A stretch of 64,000 nt of DNA. It comes from Paramecium tetraurelia (lineage: Eukaryota). Location: positions 1-64,000 of the forward strand of contig CT868407.1 of assembly GCA_000165425.1 (NCBI GenBank), read 5' to 3'. Below are positions 24,172 to 38,600 of this stretch, piece after piece; the stretch's first letter is position 1; each line of letters starts with the position of its first letter. The position numbers and the translations under genes are program-made. The notes below the pieces were generated by a model, which did not search any database, had not been told where the DNA came from, and saw nothing but the letters and a program-made list of their open reading frames with translations.

Positions 24172-24955
24172 TCAATTAAGTTTCTTAGAAAACTGGTATC
24201 TATGTTTTCCAGTCTTCAATAATTCAAACAGCTAATTGGGATGATGATGATCATCATTTGATAAGGAAGAATCCAAAGATGTTTCATTGCTTTCGAACTC
24301 AAATATTTATAAATAGTTACCCTTTCGTCAGTTAATGATGAGATGGTTTCTTGGGTGGGAACATGAATATTCTTGGTCAATTCTTGGAATTTGTAGAAGT
24401 GATGATGTTTTTATTATTTGCCCAGTCTCTCCTGCACAATGATTACCTATAGGTTTTCACATTGTTTGGAAATAGTATTCTTCTGTCTTTTCAATTCGTG
24501 AATTTCACTTTGTAACAAACAATTATCTTCCTTGCATTGATTCAATTCATTGAGGATCCTTCGTTTTTCATCATCCCATCTTCTTTGACCATTTTTAAAA
24601 ATGTTCGCATTGATCTATGATAGGAAGGGAAGAATACTTGAATCGGTTAAGTATGATATTATATTTATTTAGTAACAAATTCTATGAAGGGCAATAAATG
24701 TTTTGACTGATTGAAATATTATTCGAACAATTGAATTTATTGTTGTGATTGCACATGTTCATGTATATTGTGTTGGGAAGTACTCCTATGTTTAAGAATG
24801 CCATATTAATGATTTTATTGGATATCGAACTTCAGATTGTTGCTCATTGATTTTGGAATGGTAGTTTCCTTTGATTTCTACTTTCTTAACTCTTAATAAC
24901 AGCAACACTTACTTGCATAATTGATTCCTGACGACTTTGGGGTTGTTTAATTCAT
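24172..24955 (-). CDS. Hypothetical protein with a short coiled coil
   Basis: MNQTTPKSSGINYASKCCCY...WDDEKRRILNELNQCKEDNCLLQSEIHELKRQK...FSKKLN*. Short introns. Confidence 0.65.
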
Positions 24956-25030
24956 AATTTAAATTTCTAATTGTTATTTCAATAATAATTAATTTTTAGA
25001 ACCAAATTTTGGATTACAAAAATTGCAAAA

Positions 25031-27792
25031 ATGAAAACCCCATTAGGACTGCAATAATACTTCACTCTGAAATCAGCCCAGCATCATTAATTGTTGGATG
25101 AAGAGTCTGAACATGCAAATAGGATAATCATCAAGGAAATTGAAATCGATTCTAAAATGTGCTAGAAACAAGTGCAACTTATGATTGATAATACTCCTGT
25201 GTATTTTCCTCATCAACCCTATGAAGTCTAAAAGGCTTATATGGAAAGTGTAATATAAGCATTAAATATGAAGTAGAATGCATTGTAAATTATAAAAATC
25301 ACTATGGATTAGATTGGAATCACCAACAGGAACAGGAAAAACCCTATCCTTGCTCTGTGCCTCCTTAGCATGGTTAAAGAAGAACAGATAAGATCAATAG
25401 AGTTCTGATCAGCCTAAGAATATTAAGATTATATACTCATCAAGAACTCATGCCCAATTAAAATAAGTAGCTATGGAGTTGAAGAAGACCATCTATAAAC
25501 CCAATGTTTCGATGCTTGGCTCAAGAGATCAATATTGCATCAGAGGGGAATTCAGTATGCTCAAAGGAACTCTCTTGAATCAAAGTTGTCGAAAATCAGT
25601 AAAGGCTAATTAATGCTAATTTTATAAGAAAGAACATCTTATTGTTATGGCGCAAAGTTACAGTACATTAGTTAGCAGTTTGGAAGAAGCCAGATAGTTT
25701 GGCCTTAAAAATAAATTGTGTCCTTATTATTTTGAGAGACAGAGGTTGGATTCAGCCGATCTCATTTTACTACCCTACAATTATCTATTGGAGAAAGACT
25801 TTTAGGATGTTGTTTAAATAGAGAATTCAATTTTAATATTTGATGAAGCACATAATGTGTAATCTACTGCTGAAGATGGTTCATCATTTTTTATTACTCT
25901 TAATAATATTGTTGAAGCAGAAAAAGATCTTGAAAAGTGGATTGATGAACTCGAATCAGTCGCAGCATTTTATGATTAATTGAAAACTAAATTGAATGCA
26001 GCTAAAGTCTCATCAGAAATGAAGGAATTTAAATCTATTATGATTACAATAAAAGTATTTGCTTAATATTTGGAGTCATTTAAAACTAATCAATAATTTA
26101 TAAGTTCTGATAAGGAAGAGAAATATTTAATTTTGGATGGTCGAAAAATATCAGCCATGATTTTTTAATACACTTAAGATAAAGAAAACACTTTTAAATT
26201 ATGGTAAGAGAATTCTTTGACTAATTATGCAAAAGGAGTCAATAAGACTAATTTTTCTAAGTATTTAATTCATTGCTCTACTCTTATTGATGTAATGGGG
26301 GAATTATCTTAAATTCCAGGATATCATTTTGAGTCCTGGGTTAAATTTATGAAAAATGTCTATGATCTTATTACAGTTGAGGAGGAAAGAGAAAAATAAT
26401 AATTATCAATAAGCTCTTTATAAAACGAGTTTAACTAATATAAGTTATCTTTTGTTCTTGACTAATCTAATTAACTATCTATCCACATGTGGTGTCTTGA
26501 ACCCTCATTAGCCTTTTCCAGACTGTATAATAAAAGTATTCATTCGATCTTGTTAACATCTGGTACACTCTCACCGATGCCATCGTGGTCTTGTGAATTA
26601 AGAATTCCATTTGATGTTCAATTAGCCAATGAGCATATCATTGATCTGGACAAAAATCTTAGAATATTTTAACATAAGACTTATGACTTTTCATATAATT
26701 AAAGAGACAATGAAGAGTATATTTGTGGATTTGGTGTTACTTTATTAAGTTTATGTTAGACTATTCCGAATGGAATTTTAGTTATTTTTTCATCCTATAG
26801 TCTAATGTTTAAATTCAGAAGCAAATGGACATAAAATAAATTAATACCTAGATTGAGTGAACTCAAAGTGTGCTTATGGGAACCTTAACAAAGTAATCAG
26901 ATGCAAAATGTTTTTGACACCTATAAAGAGAAATCAAAGAAAGGCGCGATAATGTTTGCAGTTCATAGAGGCAAGGTTGCTGAAGGAATAGACTTTTCTG
27001 ATGAATTGTGCAGGGCCATCTTCTTAGTAGGTGTACCCTATCCACCTAAAAAAGATAATCATCTTCTAGAAAAAATGAACTACTTGGATAGAATCTACAA
27101 CGATCTAGAATTCAATCATTAATAACGAATAAAAAGTTCAGAATGGTACACTCAATAAGCTATTCGTGCCACAAATCAAGCTATGGGAAGAGTTATTAGA
27201 CATATCAATGATTATGGGTATAAATACTATGTTAATACTTTATAGGATTGTTTATTTATGTGATAAAAGATTTGAATAAAAGGAAATTAGACAAGGATTA
27301 TCAAAATGGGCATAACCTGCCATCTAACCTTGGATCAATGATGACGATGTGATTAAGCAAACTAAGGAATTTTTCAACAGGACAGCTTCTAATAAAGAAC
27401 AAGAGCGAATTGAAAAAAAGCCTTTTTTGGAACAGGAAGTCAAAAAAAGAAAGCTTTAATTTTTTGGATTGCAAAATAAAACAGAATTCGAAAAGCTAAA
27501 AGAAGACACCTATGAAAGGATGAGATCATTGGGTGAACAGTAAAAGTAGGAAGAGAGCATAAATCAACAAAATGATTAGATAAATCCTCAGCCTTAAACA
27601 AAATCACAGTCAAATTCTAACTCAAAAATATAATCTGAATTCTTTAGTTGTCAAAATTCTAATTTTTCGAATTTAGATCACTCTCACATCTAATAAACAG
27701 AATTAAAAAAGAATATTGATGATGATAATCAAAGTTCAAAAATAGAATAACAAAAAAAGAAGCTGTGTATAAAATTAAAGAATAAAAAATGA
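25031..27792 (+). CDS. RTEL1/FANCJ-like XPD-family Fe-S DNA helicase
   Basis: [10 protein letters not shown], Walker [25 protein letters not shown], four Fe-S Cys (DQYC, QSC, NQC, LCPYY), [47 protein letters not shown]. Confidence 0.93.
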
Positions 27793-27843
27793 TCTTATTA
27801 TTTATATTTTTGATTTAATATTGTGATACTCTTTTTATTTATT

Positions 27844-29153
27844 TCAATCTTCTGCATCCTCTCCAGCCTTTGGGAAATCGTTCTCATGAGTTTCCTCCAT
27901 TTCAGGATCTTCCAATGGGGCTTCCATTACTATTTCCTTAGCATACTCTTTTCCATTCTCAACAGCCAAAGTTGGAAAGTTAAGAAGTTCTTTGTTTTTC
28001 TTTTAAGCCTTCCAAGAATCTCTTAAATATACAATTGAACCAGGTTTTCCTGGAACTGAACCTTTTATGTATATTAATTGTCTAACTGCATCTATTCTGT
28101 AAATCTAGTTAAAATGATATTGAAATTACTTGGATCGCCTCACATGTAACTTTATCATTACCTAAATGACCAGGCATCTTTTTTCCCTTAAAGACTCTTC
28201 CTGGATCTTGTCTTTAACCTGTACTTCCCAATTGTCTATGACATAGAGAGTTACCGTGAGTTGCTGGTTGTGTTTTGAAATTGTGTCTTTTGACAGTACC
28301 TCCAAATCCTAACGGAATATATCAGAACTTCATTCTTACCTTTTCCTGTTGAAATACCTTAAATATCAATGTACTGGCCTGGAGTAAAGTGTCTTGCAGT
28401 CAACATAAAGCCTACAGGTAATACGTTTTCAGGAGTGATGGGGAATTCCTTTATATATTTTTTGGGAGGAATCTATCATTTACATTTAAGTATTACGTTC
28501 GCTTTAAGGAAATGTCCTATCTAGGGTTTCTTTAGAGTTTTGATATTGACAGCTCCAGCTCCAACCTACAAGCCAGTGTATGTATCGTTCTTCACCACTT
28601 AAACAACTTAATTATTGTCTAGTTATAAGACTGTTAATGCATGTCTGTAACCCCACTTGTCCCATTATGCAGTCATTCCAACTTTAACAGCAATTAGCCC
28701 CGCTCTTTTTGGTTGTGCAAAGGGATCCTCATAAGTGTGCTATTTGATTTGAAAATTTTAATTGTTCTCTTCAGTAATGTCAACTGGAGGTTAAACAAAC
28801 TTTTTATAATGCTTTCTCCTTCCTTCAGGTTGTTGATCTAAGGAGAGGTAAATTGTTTTCGGTATTTTATTTGTTTAAGGAATATGCGTTTCATAAAATG
28901 AGCTCCAGGTATGCATTTTTGGTTGTAATGCCCTTAATTTTTCTAATTCTATTTTCTTCTTGAGATTTTCTTGTTATTGCTTTTGTTCTTGTTCTTGATC
29001 TGATTTGGCGATCTTTCCTGATTTATCATCACTTATTGCTTTAGCTCTAGTCTTTTCTCTGTGAGGTTATGCCTTGGGTCTGGTGTGTTTTGTGAAATAA
29101 TAGAGTGAAGCCCAATTTAATTGATGGGTTGTGGTTATAAATCTAAGCAACAT
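27844..29153 (-). CDS. MRPL3: Mitochondrial ribosomal protein uL3m with N-terminal extension
   Basis: [76 protein letters not shown]. Presequence-like [11 protein letters not shown]. Confidence 0.9.
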
Positions 29154-29543
29154 ATTAAAATTTATTTATTTAAAAAATGATTATATTGTACAAATCCAAT
29201 CGAAGGAGTGGATATTGGTCATTTAAATAGTACAAAGCAATGTATAATTGTATAATCATTCGACTAAATGGCTTTGTGTATTGAATTCAAATTGGATTTA
29301 TATATATAATTAAATTTAATGTGAAATCTGGAGATAAGGGTTCGTTATGATTGGTCATTCCTATTCAACCTCATTTGAATTAATATTGAGATTGAGAGTG
29401 GCTTTTTTCCTTTTTTAATGAGAAATTGAGTACGATTAATTATAATTTTTATTTAATCATTTTTTAGTGAAAAAAAACTTGAATGTTTTTCACTACAATA
29501 TAAAGTGAGGTTGAGGTTTAGTTTTGATAAAAGATAATTTAAA

Positions 29544-31437
29544 ATGATAAAAAATTCTGCCAAATTTAAGCACAATGTGCCAAAATCCTCAACAACCTCT
29601 GCAATTTCAGAATTTTCTTTAGATGAATCTCCACTTCCAAATTCCTCTTAATTTTCAAGCTTCACTCATGCATAAACAATTTCAGCAAAACTCAACAGAA
29701 GTTCAGTTTATAACTAAGAGAACATAATGTTTAACACCCCCAGATGTTTGGCGGTTCCATTTACAGAAATTGTAAAGCATTTAAATAATTTGTTTTTAGG
29801 AGAAGGATGAAGTTCTTTCCAAATCAACAATCAACAAGTAACTCTTCAATGAAACCAACTAGCAAAATGAAGGGTATATGGAACCAGCTTCATTTTCTCA
29901 AGCATTAATATAATAGTCAAAATATACTGATGAAAGTTTAAAGAAAATTTCTAAAATCGAGAAGTTTTTGGAGAAGACAAAACAAAAGCACTAGAAATCT
30001 ATTAGTATATTATCTTCTGAAGATTCACCATATAAATCAACGCCTCCCTTTCGCATATAGGGTTTAGGAACAACAGCATAAGGATTAAGAAATAAATTGG
30101 ATCACAAAATAAATAGAAAGTTCGATAAACTCATGAATGAATTGAGGATAATCAGAAAAGTAAATGCACATTATATTTAATAGAACATCCAATATTTTAC
30201 AGCATTTGATGGGACTTATGCTTAGAGTAAATAAATGCAAAATAACTTTATATCATTAAAATAATAAAATGGCCTAATAATAAATAATGGAACTCATTTA
30301 ACAAGGCTAGAATTGATAAATGACACATTCAATAGGGAGAAAGTATGCAATATTCATAATGATGACTCGAGATACATTTCATTTTGCATGAGTGATAGCA
30401 ATATCTCTAATGATATGTTAATTACTGGTTCAGATCAAGGTAATATTATGGGTTGGAACTTGTTCAAAAATCAAGCCTATCGTTATTATGGATTGAATAA
30501 ACAATACAATTGCAGCTTGTAGCAGCACTCGATTCCAACATTTATAACATAAAAATTAAATAATATATTTGTAGGAACAAAAAACAATGTAAGTGATTTT
30601 ATTTATTGATTTTAGGAACTGTTAGTACTCGACGAAAGAATGAACGAAAGGAAATGTTTGTTGTTAACCATCAACAAGCAGAAACTAAATCCATTTCAAG
30701 CAAACTAACTATTATCGCCCTTGTTACCTAGATTTGGATCCATAATACTTGAAAGTCCTCAATTCAATCCTCCTGACCTAAACCTATTGCATTTAACAAG
30801 TTTCAAATTAGACGAAGAATTGGACTCAATTAAGGATGACTTGATAGAGCAATTCCCCAGTTTCAACTAATTTGAAGATCAAAGTTCGTTGGAATCCCAA
30901 TATATCAAATACATTGATGTTCATGATTACAATGTTGTGGCCACTATGACAGATGGATTTATTCATTTGGATATGAGGAATCCAACAGTGGCCTAATATA
31001 GCTTTCGAGAAAATGGGTCGTAAGCTCTGAAGGCCATGTTTACTCCTGGAAATCCTAACAATATCATATATGCCAAGTAGAATTCCAACAGGTGTTTACT
31101 ATGGAATGTATAAAAAAACTAAGTGCTATTTCATAAAAAACTCGAGAGTAATCCTTCGGATATGACTGTTGCTCAAGAACCAAAAGAGGTTCTGTTTTTG
31201 CATTAAGATTAAAATGATTCCATCATTACAATTTACAATAATTTTTCTTCAAAGTTAAAATATTGTGATGAATTAATAATTCCTGGTTTTAATGTTTAAA
31301 AGATTCTTTTGGACTATTAATGTAAGAACTTGTATGGAATCGGTCCTTACTCTTTGAGGACTTGGAATTACTATCAATAAAAAGAAATTGACATCCTTCG
31401 TGACGAAATGAAACATTAATTAGACTTGCTTGAATGA
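29544..31437 (+). CDS. Hypothetical protein with degenerate WD40-like repeats
   Basis: Code-6 frame MIKNSAKFKHNVP...; WD-like segments LITGSDQGNIMGWNL, FIHLDMRNP, LLWNV, LRTWNY. Short introns. Confidence 0.6.
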
Positions 31438-31543
31438 CTTTATTGATTTGTTAATATTTTTATCTGAATACACAAATAGTTTAATCTAATAAATTAAAAA
31501 TAACGAAAAACATTTATTATAATAAATAAAAAATATAGTAAGC

Positions 31544-34273
31544 ATGCTATAAATTAATATAGAGGTGCAAACTGTTTATTTTTATATAGATTCACCCATC
31601 ACCTATTGCCACATGCAACTAAACGATTGTAATATGTTTGATTGAAATCTAGCTGTTACTGCAGTCATGCTCAATAGTTAACTTAAATGCAAATGCTATG
31701 AACAATAAGACATTTATGAGAAGGCTGAAATCAGAACCCAGTATGATCCAAAAAATAAAAAAAAAGTATGTCTCCCCTCATTATCCAAGCTCAAATTGAT
31801 CTTTTTTGAAAATTAGAGCAAATTCGGAGAGGCAGTCTTCGATTTGGACTTTTATGTTGAGAACAAATTCTAATAATTATCTGATAAACTATCCATTCAG
31901 AGTGAGCAAAATGAGGAAGCACAATTAACATTCATGTTCGAATGGCAATTCATCGAAAAGCCTTCTGAAATCAACCCTAAAATACTTAATCCCTATCTTT
32001 CAGCCAATAGTCCTCCCAATACACAACGAAATGGAGGGTAGAGTCCAAAACGATTGGTTTAATCCAAAAGAATTGGAGAAGAAAATGAGAAGAGAACTAC
32101 TCATGTAACGTATTCCTAGTGGAAGGACCATAAAGAATACTTAAAAAACCAATAGGAACGAAAACTAAAAGAACCAAAGCAGCCACAAAAGGTGATAATG
32201 GTTGACGATTACAATTATAATTGGACTGATAACTTAAGAAAACCAGATGCATAAGTAAGAGTTGCTTCACCTCCAAAAAGATTTGGCACTCCTACAAAGG
32301 TAAACAAGAAGTTTCAAAGCCCTGTGAATAACCTAAATCAGTAAAGATAGTAGGAGTATGAATTAAGAATGATTAATGAAAAATTAAGTAAAGTAGACAA
32401 GTAATTGCAATAAATGAATAATGAAAATAAAGAAGAAGAGAAAAAAAAATATTCATCCAAATTAAATTAAAAATTAAAATCGCGTTAATTAGATGATTTT
32501 AAAAATGGCTATAATGAAGATCAAACTATTAGTCAATCCGAAAAGGGAACCAAATAAAAATCCCTCAATTTTCAATACTTTGTGGATCAAAAAGACTCGA
32601 GGGATTATTAATTCATGTACAATAGTCAAATCTAAGCACCAACTCAATAGTATTAAGCCTCTGATTAATTGACTAAATCTCTACATGATCCAAAACAAGG
32701 ATTAAAATCAAATTCTATCAATCTGGATGTCCCCAAGAGTGCTCCAAAACCAAAAGAATTACAATAATAATTATCCTCAAGAAGTAAAACTTAACAATAA
32801 GAGGATTTATAAAATAGTACTTAATTTAATAAATCTGATAAGTATGATGAGTTGATGAAAAAATATTTGGATTTAAAGGATAAGTATGAAAATTCCTGTA
32901 ATGAGTTTTCTCTATTATCCTAAACTTATTCTTCATTAAATGATCAATATACGTAAGTGGTTTAACAGAATAAGTAGTAATAATAATAAATTGTATATTT
33001 GTAATAATAGCAATTAATTAATGGGAATAGTGATTAAATCTCTCAATCCACCTTTAATGAAGAAATAATCAAAAAAGAACTTGAATTTCTATAAAGAGAC
33101 AACAACATGCTTAAATCTCATTTAGAGCAGAGTCAATACAACGTGACTTAATTGCAAAAAGAGAAAGAAAAGAATTAAAACGAAATCTATAATTTAAAGA
33201 ATAATTTAATGATGATCAATTCAGAAATAGAAAAACTCCAAGAAGAAGCATAATAAATGAAAATAGAAATGAAATAAAATAATTAAGTTGAACAACCATA
33301 AAGCAGTTATGCTAAAATAAATTAGAAATCAGAAGCTCTCCCCATTAATTAATTGAAAACATCATAAGAAAACTCAGATAATCAGTTGAAAGTAGAATTA
33401 GAATAACTGAAAATGGAATATTCATAAATAGAAAAAGAAAATTAAAATTATAAAAAATAAGTTGGCAATTTAAATTAAATGATGCAATCTTTGGAAGATG
33501 AAATCACTTAATTGAAGGAACAACTTGAAGAAAAAAAATAAGATGTCATCAGAATGTAAGCTTTGAGTAATAAGGATAATATAGGAGACATTATTGATGG
33601 TTATAAACAGGTAATTAAAAAGAAAGAATAAGAAATTTTGGATTTGGAAGAAAGCATAAAATAAATGAAAAAATAAATGTAAGTTTTAGAAAATGAGTCG
33701 CCATCTGAATTAGATTAGAAGTAAGAGATAGAATAAAAATATAATTAAAAATTGAAAGATCTTTAAGATGAAATGGAGAAACTTTAGAATGACAATTAAT
33801 ATTTAAGACAAATCCTATCTTCAACTTAAAATTAATAGCAATCAGCATCTTAGTAAGAAATCTTATCTAAAGTAGATAATAAAATAAGAATTAAATGAAT
33901 TAATAGGAAAATAATTTCAAGGGATCAAGTTTTAGAGGGGATGATGGGGATAATGAATGTGAAGCCTTAAAATAAGAAAATGCCTTATTAAGTATTGTAT
34001 TGTAATGATTTATTTAGAAATTGAGTAAAATAAAGATAAAATAAGAATAGAAACTTTGACAAAGGAAAAGGAGTTTTAGAAAGTACTTGAATTCTTTATT
34101 TCTAGAACATAGCTGAATTTACTGATTAAGAACTGATGAAGGCTCAAGAACAGATCATGTCTTAAAAACAAAGGATAGCAGATATTTTAAATTTGATAAT
34201 GATTAAAGGTGATGCAAAACAGATGGATGATGTAGAAAAGTTACTCTAGAATAAAGATTTTTTGTCTCTTTGA
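31544..34273 (+). CDS. Long coiled-coil protein with a possible N-terminal NT-C2-like domain
   Basis: N-terminal exons include FYEKAEI and IGEAVFDLDFYV, followed by an extensive Q/E/K heptad region. Ends ..DDVEKLLQNKDFLSL*. Confidence 0.65.
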
Positions 34274-34422
34274 AGATGTTGTTAATATTATATATATATT
34301 ATATTTCAATGTATTTTAGGTTAATTTTCAAATTTTAACTTTTTTGTATTTTAATTTCAACATAATTAATCGAATGTAGAGTATTTGGATGATTATATAA
34401 TTATGTTATTTATAATTTCAAT

Positions 34423-35079
34423 TCAAAGTTAAAGACTTATAGACTGTTTCGTAAGCCTTTTACTATTTTGAGGATCTGGATGGAGAAGATAAAACTAGTG
34501 ATAACTATTCAGCTGCATCTCTATGATGCTTTTCTTCAATCATAGCTTGAGTTGATTTAAGTTAAACTAAGACTTGCTTTTTACATAATTTGTAATTGTA
34601 ATACCTTGTCATTTTTGAATGCATCATTTTTCATTAATTTATCAGTCAATTAATTCAGAAATTTAACAACATTTTCATCATCACCATTTTCTTTGTTTTC
34701 TTACAATTGCTTCAATTACACAGGGGCCAATCTAGCTTATTTCTTTTCATTAGTTCCATGTGCATATGGACAATTTACTCCATTCTTACAAAATCCTTGT
34801 TAATCATATTTGCATAACACAGCTGCAATAATTATAATTAATTGATACTCTTGTAATTTGTGATAACTATATTTGAATCGATTGTTGGTATCTTACCCAA
34901 AATTGGATCTAGAGTATAATCTTGATAATACCATTGGGGTTTCTTAATTCTTTTTATCCATGAGCAAATTGGCATTTATCTCCAATTGAGCAGTTGCCCA
35001 ATTCAAAATGTCTGCAAATTGAAGTTTTATAGAGTCTGCCATTTCCATGTTAAGGAATAGTAATCACAGCGTTATGCAT
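34423..35079 (-). CDS. Tandem CCCH zinc-finger RNA-binding protein (TIS11/TTP-like)
   Basis: [31 protein letters not shown] and [23 protein letters not shown] (C-x8-C-x5-C-x3-H). Confidence 0.9.
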
Positions 35080-35172
35080 TTTTTAACGATTATAATTATT
35101 AAATTTATATACTGTGATTATAATGCCCATAAAGAGCTTAAATTGTAATACATACTTTTTATAATAATACTA

Positions 35173-35557
35173 TCAATCTTATTTGAATTTCTCTTTTATT
35201 TTTTCAATCTCCTTTCCCATCTGTTATTTAGTTTTTTTAGCCTTCTATTCAATATCTTTCCATTTTTTTTAAGCAAATTCTTAACTTCGTTATTCATAGA
35301 ATAAATATACCTGTCTTTACCTTTTTCTAAAATTTGTTCCTTCTTCTCTTACAAAAACTCTTTAGCATTTATTTCATTCAAATCACTTTTGATATCATGA
35401 ATCTAATTGAATTCTAAATTACCTATTCTATTCCCTTTTGTTTTAACTCTTTTGCTTTAAGTACAAGTTTCTCTTTGCTTTAATTTCCTAAATAATATGT
35501 AGTGGATAACACTCCAAATGAAAATCCTATAATTAAGCACTAAAGTTTAGAACTCAT
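35173..35557 (-). CDS. Small N-anchored membrane protein with a coiled-coil tail
   Basis: MSSKLQCLIIGFSFGVLSTTYYLG then a K/E-rich helix. Ends KEKFKQD*. Confidence 0.65.
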
Positions 35558-35671
35558 ATTTATCAAAATTAAATTTAATAGTTGAATTTGTAAAGGAAGA
35601 TTGAAATGTATTTTTGTTAAAAATGATAAAATCGGATACAATATATATTTCTTATTTATATGTATAATATA

Positions 35672-38600
35672 TCATTTTGATGAAATTTCTAACATTCTAT
35701 TGACATCTGCAAACCACCAATCCAAGAATTTATGTTTATCAATATTCCCACTTGTATCAGCCAAGTATTCTTAGGCCCTACCCTCCATAATGTCTGTAAA
35801 TTTAAATTAAAATGCCAAGTCTTCACTACAAACCCACAAGTTGAGTTCAAATTTATCACATAACTCAGGCAATTTATAAACAGAAATTTGCTAAGAGCAT
35901 ATTAATTATTTTTACTCCTCCAGACCCCAAAGTCTTGCATAAAAGATCGTATTTCAAACTTGCTGTTTCTGGTGTAAGACTGTGACTTTACTCAAGCATT
36001 TTTGTCCAATTTTCTGATACCTTCTTTTTGAAATATATTTATGCTTTTGGATCTGGCCACAAGTATTTATTAGGTTTATATTCAATAACTAAAGGTCCTG
36101 AGTGTTTTGATAAAAGACATCCTGGTTCATTCCAAGATTTACGGCAACAAGTCCAACTAATTTAAATAGAGAACTTATTTACTGAGGCTTCCATAAAATC
36201 TTGGACCCCTTTTCTTATTTATACTCTTCAATAGCTTCTTAAATTTTAGTAGCAGTATGTCCAAAATCAAACACTCCTGGATGAGATCTACACATATTCT
36301 TTTTTCTATTTTCAATCTCTCTGTATTGTTTTCCACATGCCCAATTCGTACATATTCTCAATTCCTTCTCTGTCTCAATCAATTTCATTTATCTCTATCT
36401 ATCCTTGTTAATAAATTCATAATAAGGTTTAGTCTCTCTGAATACATCAGGTCTAACCTGAATGTTTTTATTTGGCTGAGTCTCCTTTTCTTTCTAAGCA
36501 GGATTCTATATATATATATTAACAGATTATAATTACAATGTGTAATTTTTGTACAAAATAGACTTTGGCTGCAGGATCAGGCCATTTAGCAGCTTGATGA
36601 GTTCCTGAGTTATATTTACATTCTGAAGAATCCCCATCTTAGAATTTCATACCACAAGTGCCTTCAGGAAAACCAGTTCTTGGATCCAGGGGACCTACAT
36701 TGATACAAATATTATAAAAGTCTTTTTCAGGAACTCCCTTGTGATACTCCAATTTACAGCCTTCAGCTTCCCACTTTTTACCACAACATGTCCAACATTC
36801 TGGCCATAATCCATGTTTAGATCCAAATTCATATCTTCCAGGATGATGTTTACATGTTTTAATACCATTCGGAGTTGCATCAAATTTATATGGTTATCCA
36901 CAACCCCAATTCTTACAAATGAAATCAGAACCAGCATATTAAGCTTCTCCCTTTTCTGATTTCTCTTGTTTTTCAGGTACATTGCACGGATGATCATGAG
37001 CTATCTTAGATCTTTGTGAATAATTGTTGGTTCTTAAGAATTGCTCCTATTTAATAGCCATACTGTTTGTATCCCCATAGGCTTATGCAGTTAATACTAT
37101 TTCATCATAGACCTTAAGCATTCTCTTCAAGAAGCAATCCAAGAATTTAACCAACTTTTCATTCTTTTTAAACAAAAACACTCTTCCTTCTTTGTCCATC
37201 TAGCTTGATTGACCTATTCCTCTAATATAAACATCAAAATGCTCTAATTGTTATGTTTTATCCCAATTTCCTATTACTTCTATATTAGGGAACAAATCTT
37301 TTAATATTTATCCAATTTCATTAAATTTATTGGCGAAATCAGCCTCATTATGCCAAGTGGTTGTCTTATGCTTATCGCAATCAGAACATCTATTGATGAT
37401 GATCTAGAACTTCCCTTGATTCCAATTTTCTGCTAATTATGGTAATGTTTCTGGTTGATTTCTTTTTTGTTGTTCTACTTCTGGATCTTTTTATAAATAT
37501 TCTGCAGCTAACATGATGATTTGAGAATACTCATCTTTCTTGACTATTCTACCTCTGAATCCAGCCAACCTCAATTACTCAAAAGCATAAGTCTCCAATT
37601 AACCAGTTTGCATCCTATCCTTCTCTGTATGAAAATGTTTTATCAATTCTAAATGTCTCTTCAGCTTCATGTGTTTTGAATGATATCATAGCCATATTTT
37701 CACCATTGTAATGAACTCTGAAGTACTTAGGGTTAAGTTTCCTCAGAAATGGTTGAGTCTCTATTTGGAAAATCTTATCTTGATCATAAGAAAATAGATC
37801 AATTCCTTCGATTTCTACTTCTTATTCTGTTTCTTTGTGAATGTAAACTGCTGTTAATTTCTACACAAATTCATCATTGTTTACAAAGTAAGCCAAAAGA
37901 TATTTGATATTGTACTTGAATGCTTCATTCTCAGATCCTACCAGCACTATAAGTTATTCAAAGAAACTGAAGTTATGTTCCATTGCTTATTTCGATCTTG
38001 AGATGCCTCTTGTGTAAATTATCAGATCTTAGTCAGCTTCTTTTTCATCTGTGTTGTATTGACTCTTGACTTCTTCTATTTCTTACTCATTCAATGCAGC
38101 CTGTCTAATAGACAATAGCAATCGATCATAAATTATGTAAAGGCCGAATCTCTTGTTTTCCCTTAGAGAATCAGTGATTTCAGCCAATTGATAAATATCA
38201 TCATATGATAACTAGATTCCACTATATTACACAACCTTGCAAAACCTATCGAATTCAATAGCATAATATGGATAGACTTCAAATCTAAGATGATTCATAC
38301 TCATATTAATTACCTCTCTTTGCAGAGTTCTTAATGAATATACTCAAATGGCAGTTTGGCACCTGCATTTTCCTCTAATGGTGGTGCCAATTATTATACA
38401 GTAGTAAACACCCAATAGAAAATCAAACTCAATTCATGGCATTTGTGATAAATTATCTCGTTCTACTAAAACACTTCTTTTAATCTATCTTAAAAATTAG
38501 TATAGAAATGTACTTGCAAATTCTTGAATTGTTTTTTAATGTGGTTGCTCCTGCTATTGAGTTTTCTTTTTATCAATTTCTTCAAATACATGATAACTCC

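Noticed and set aside
37377..37388. Selenoprotein (TGA = Sec) in the Rdx-like domain
   Set aside because: The motif is CSDC with ordinary Cys codons, and no convincing SECIS was seen downstream.
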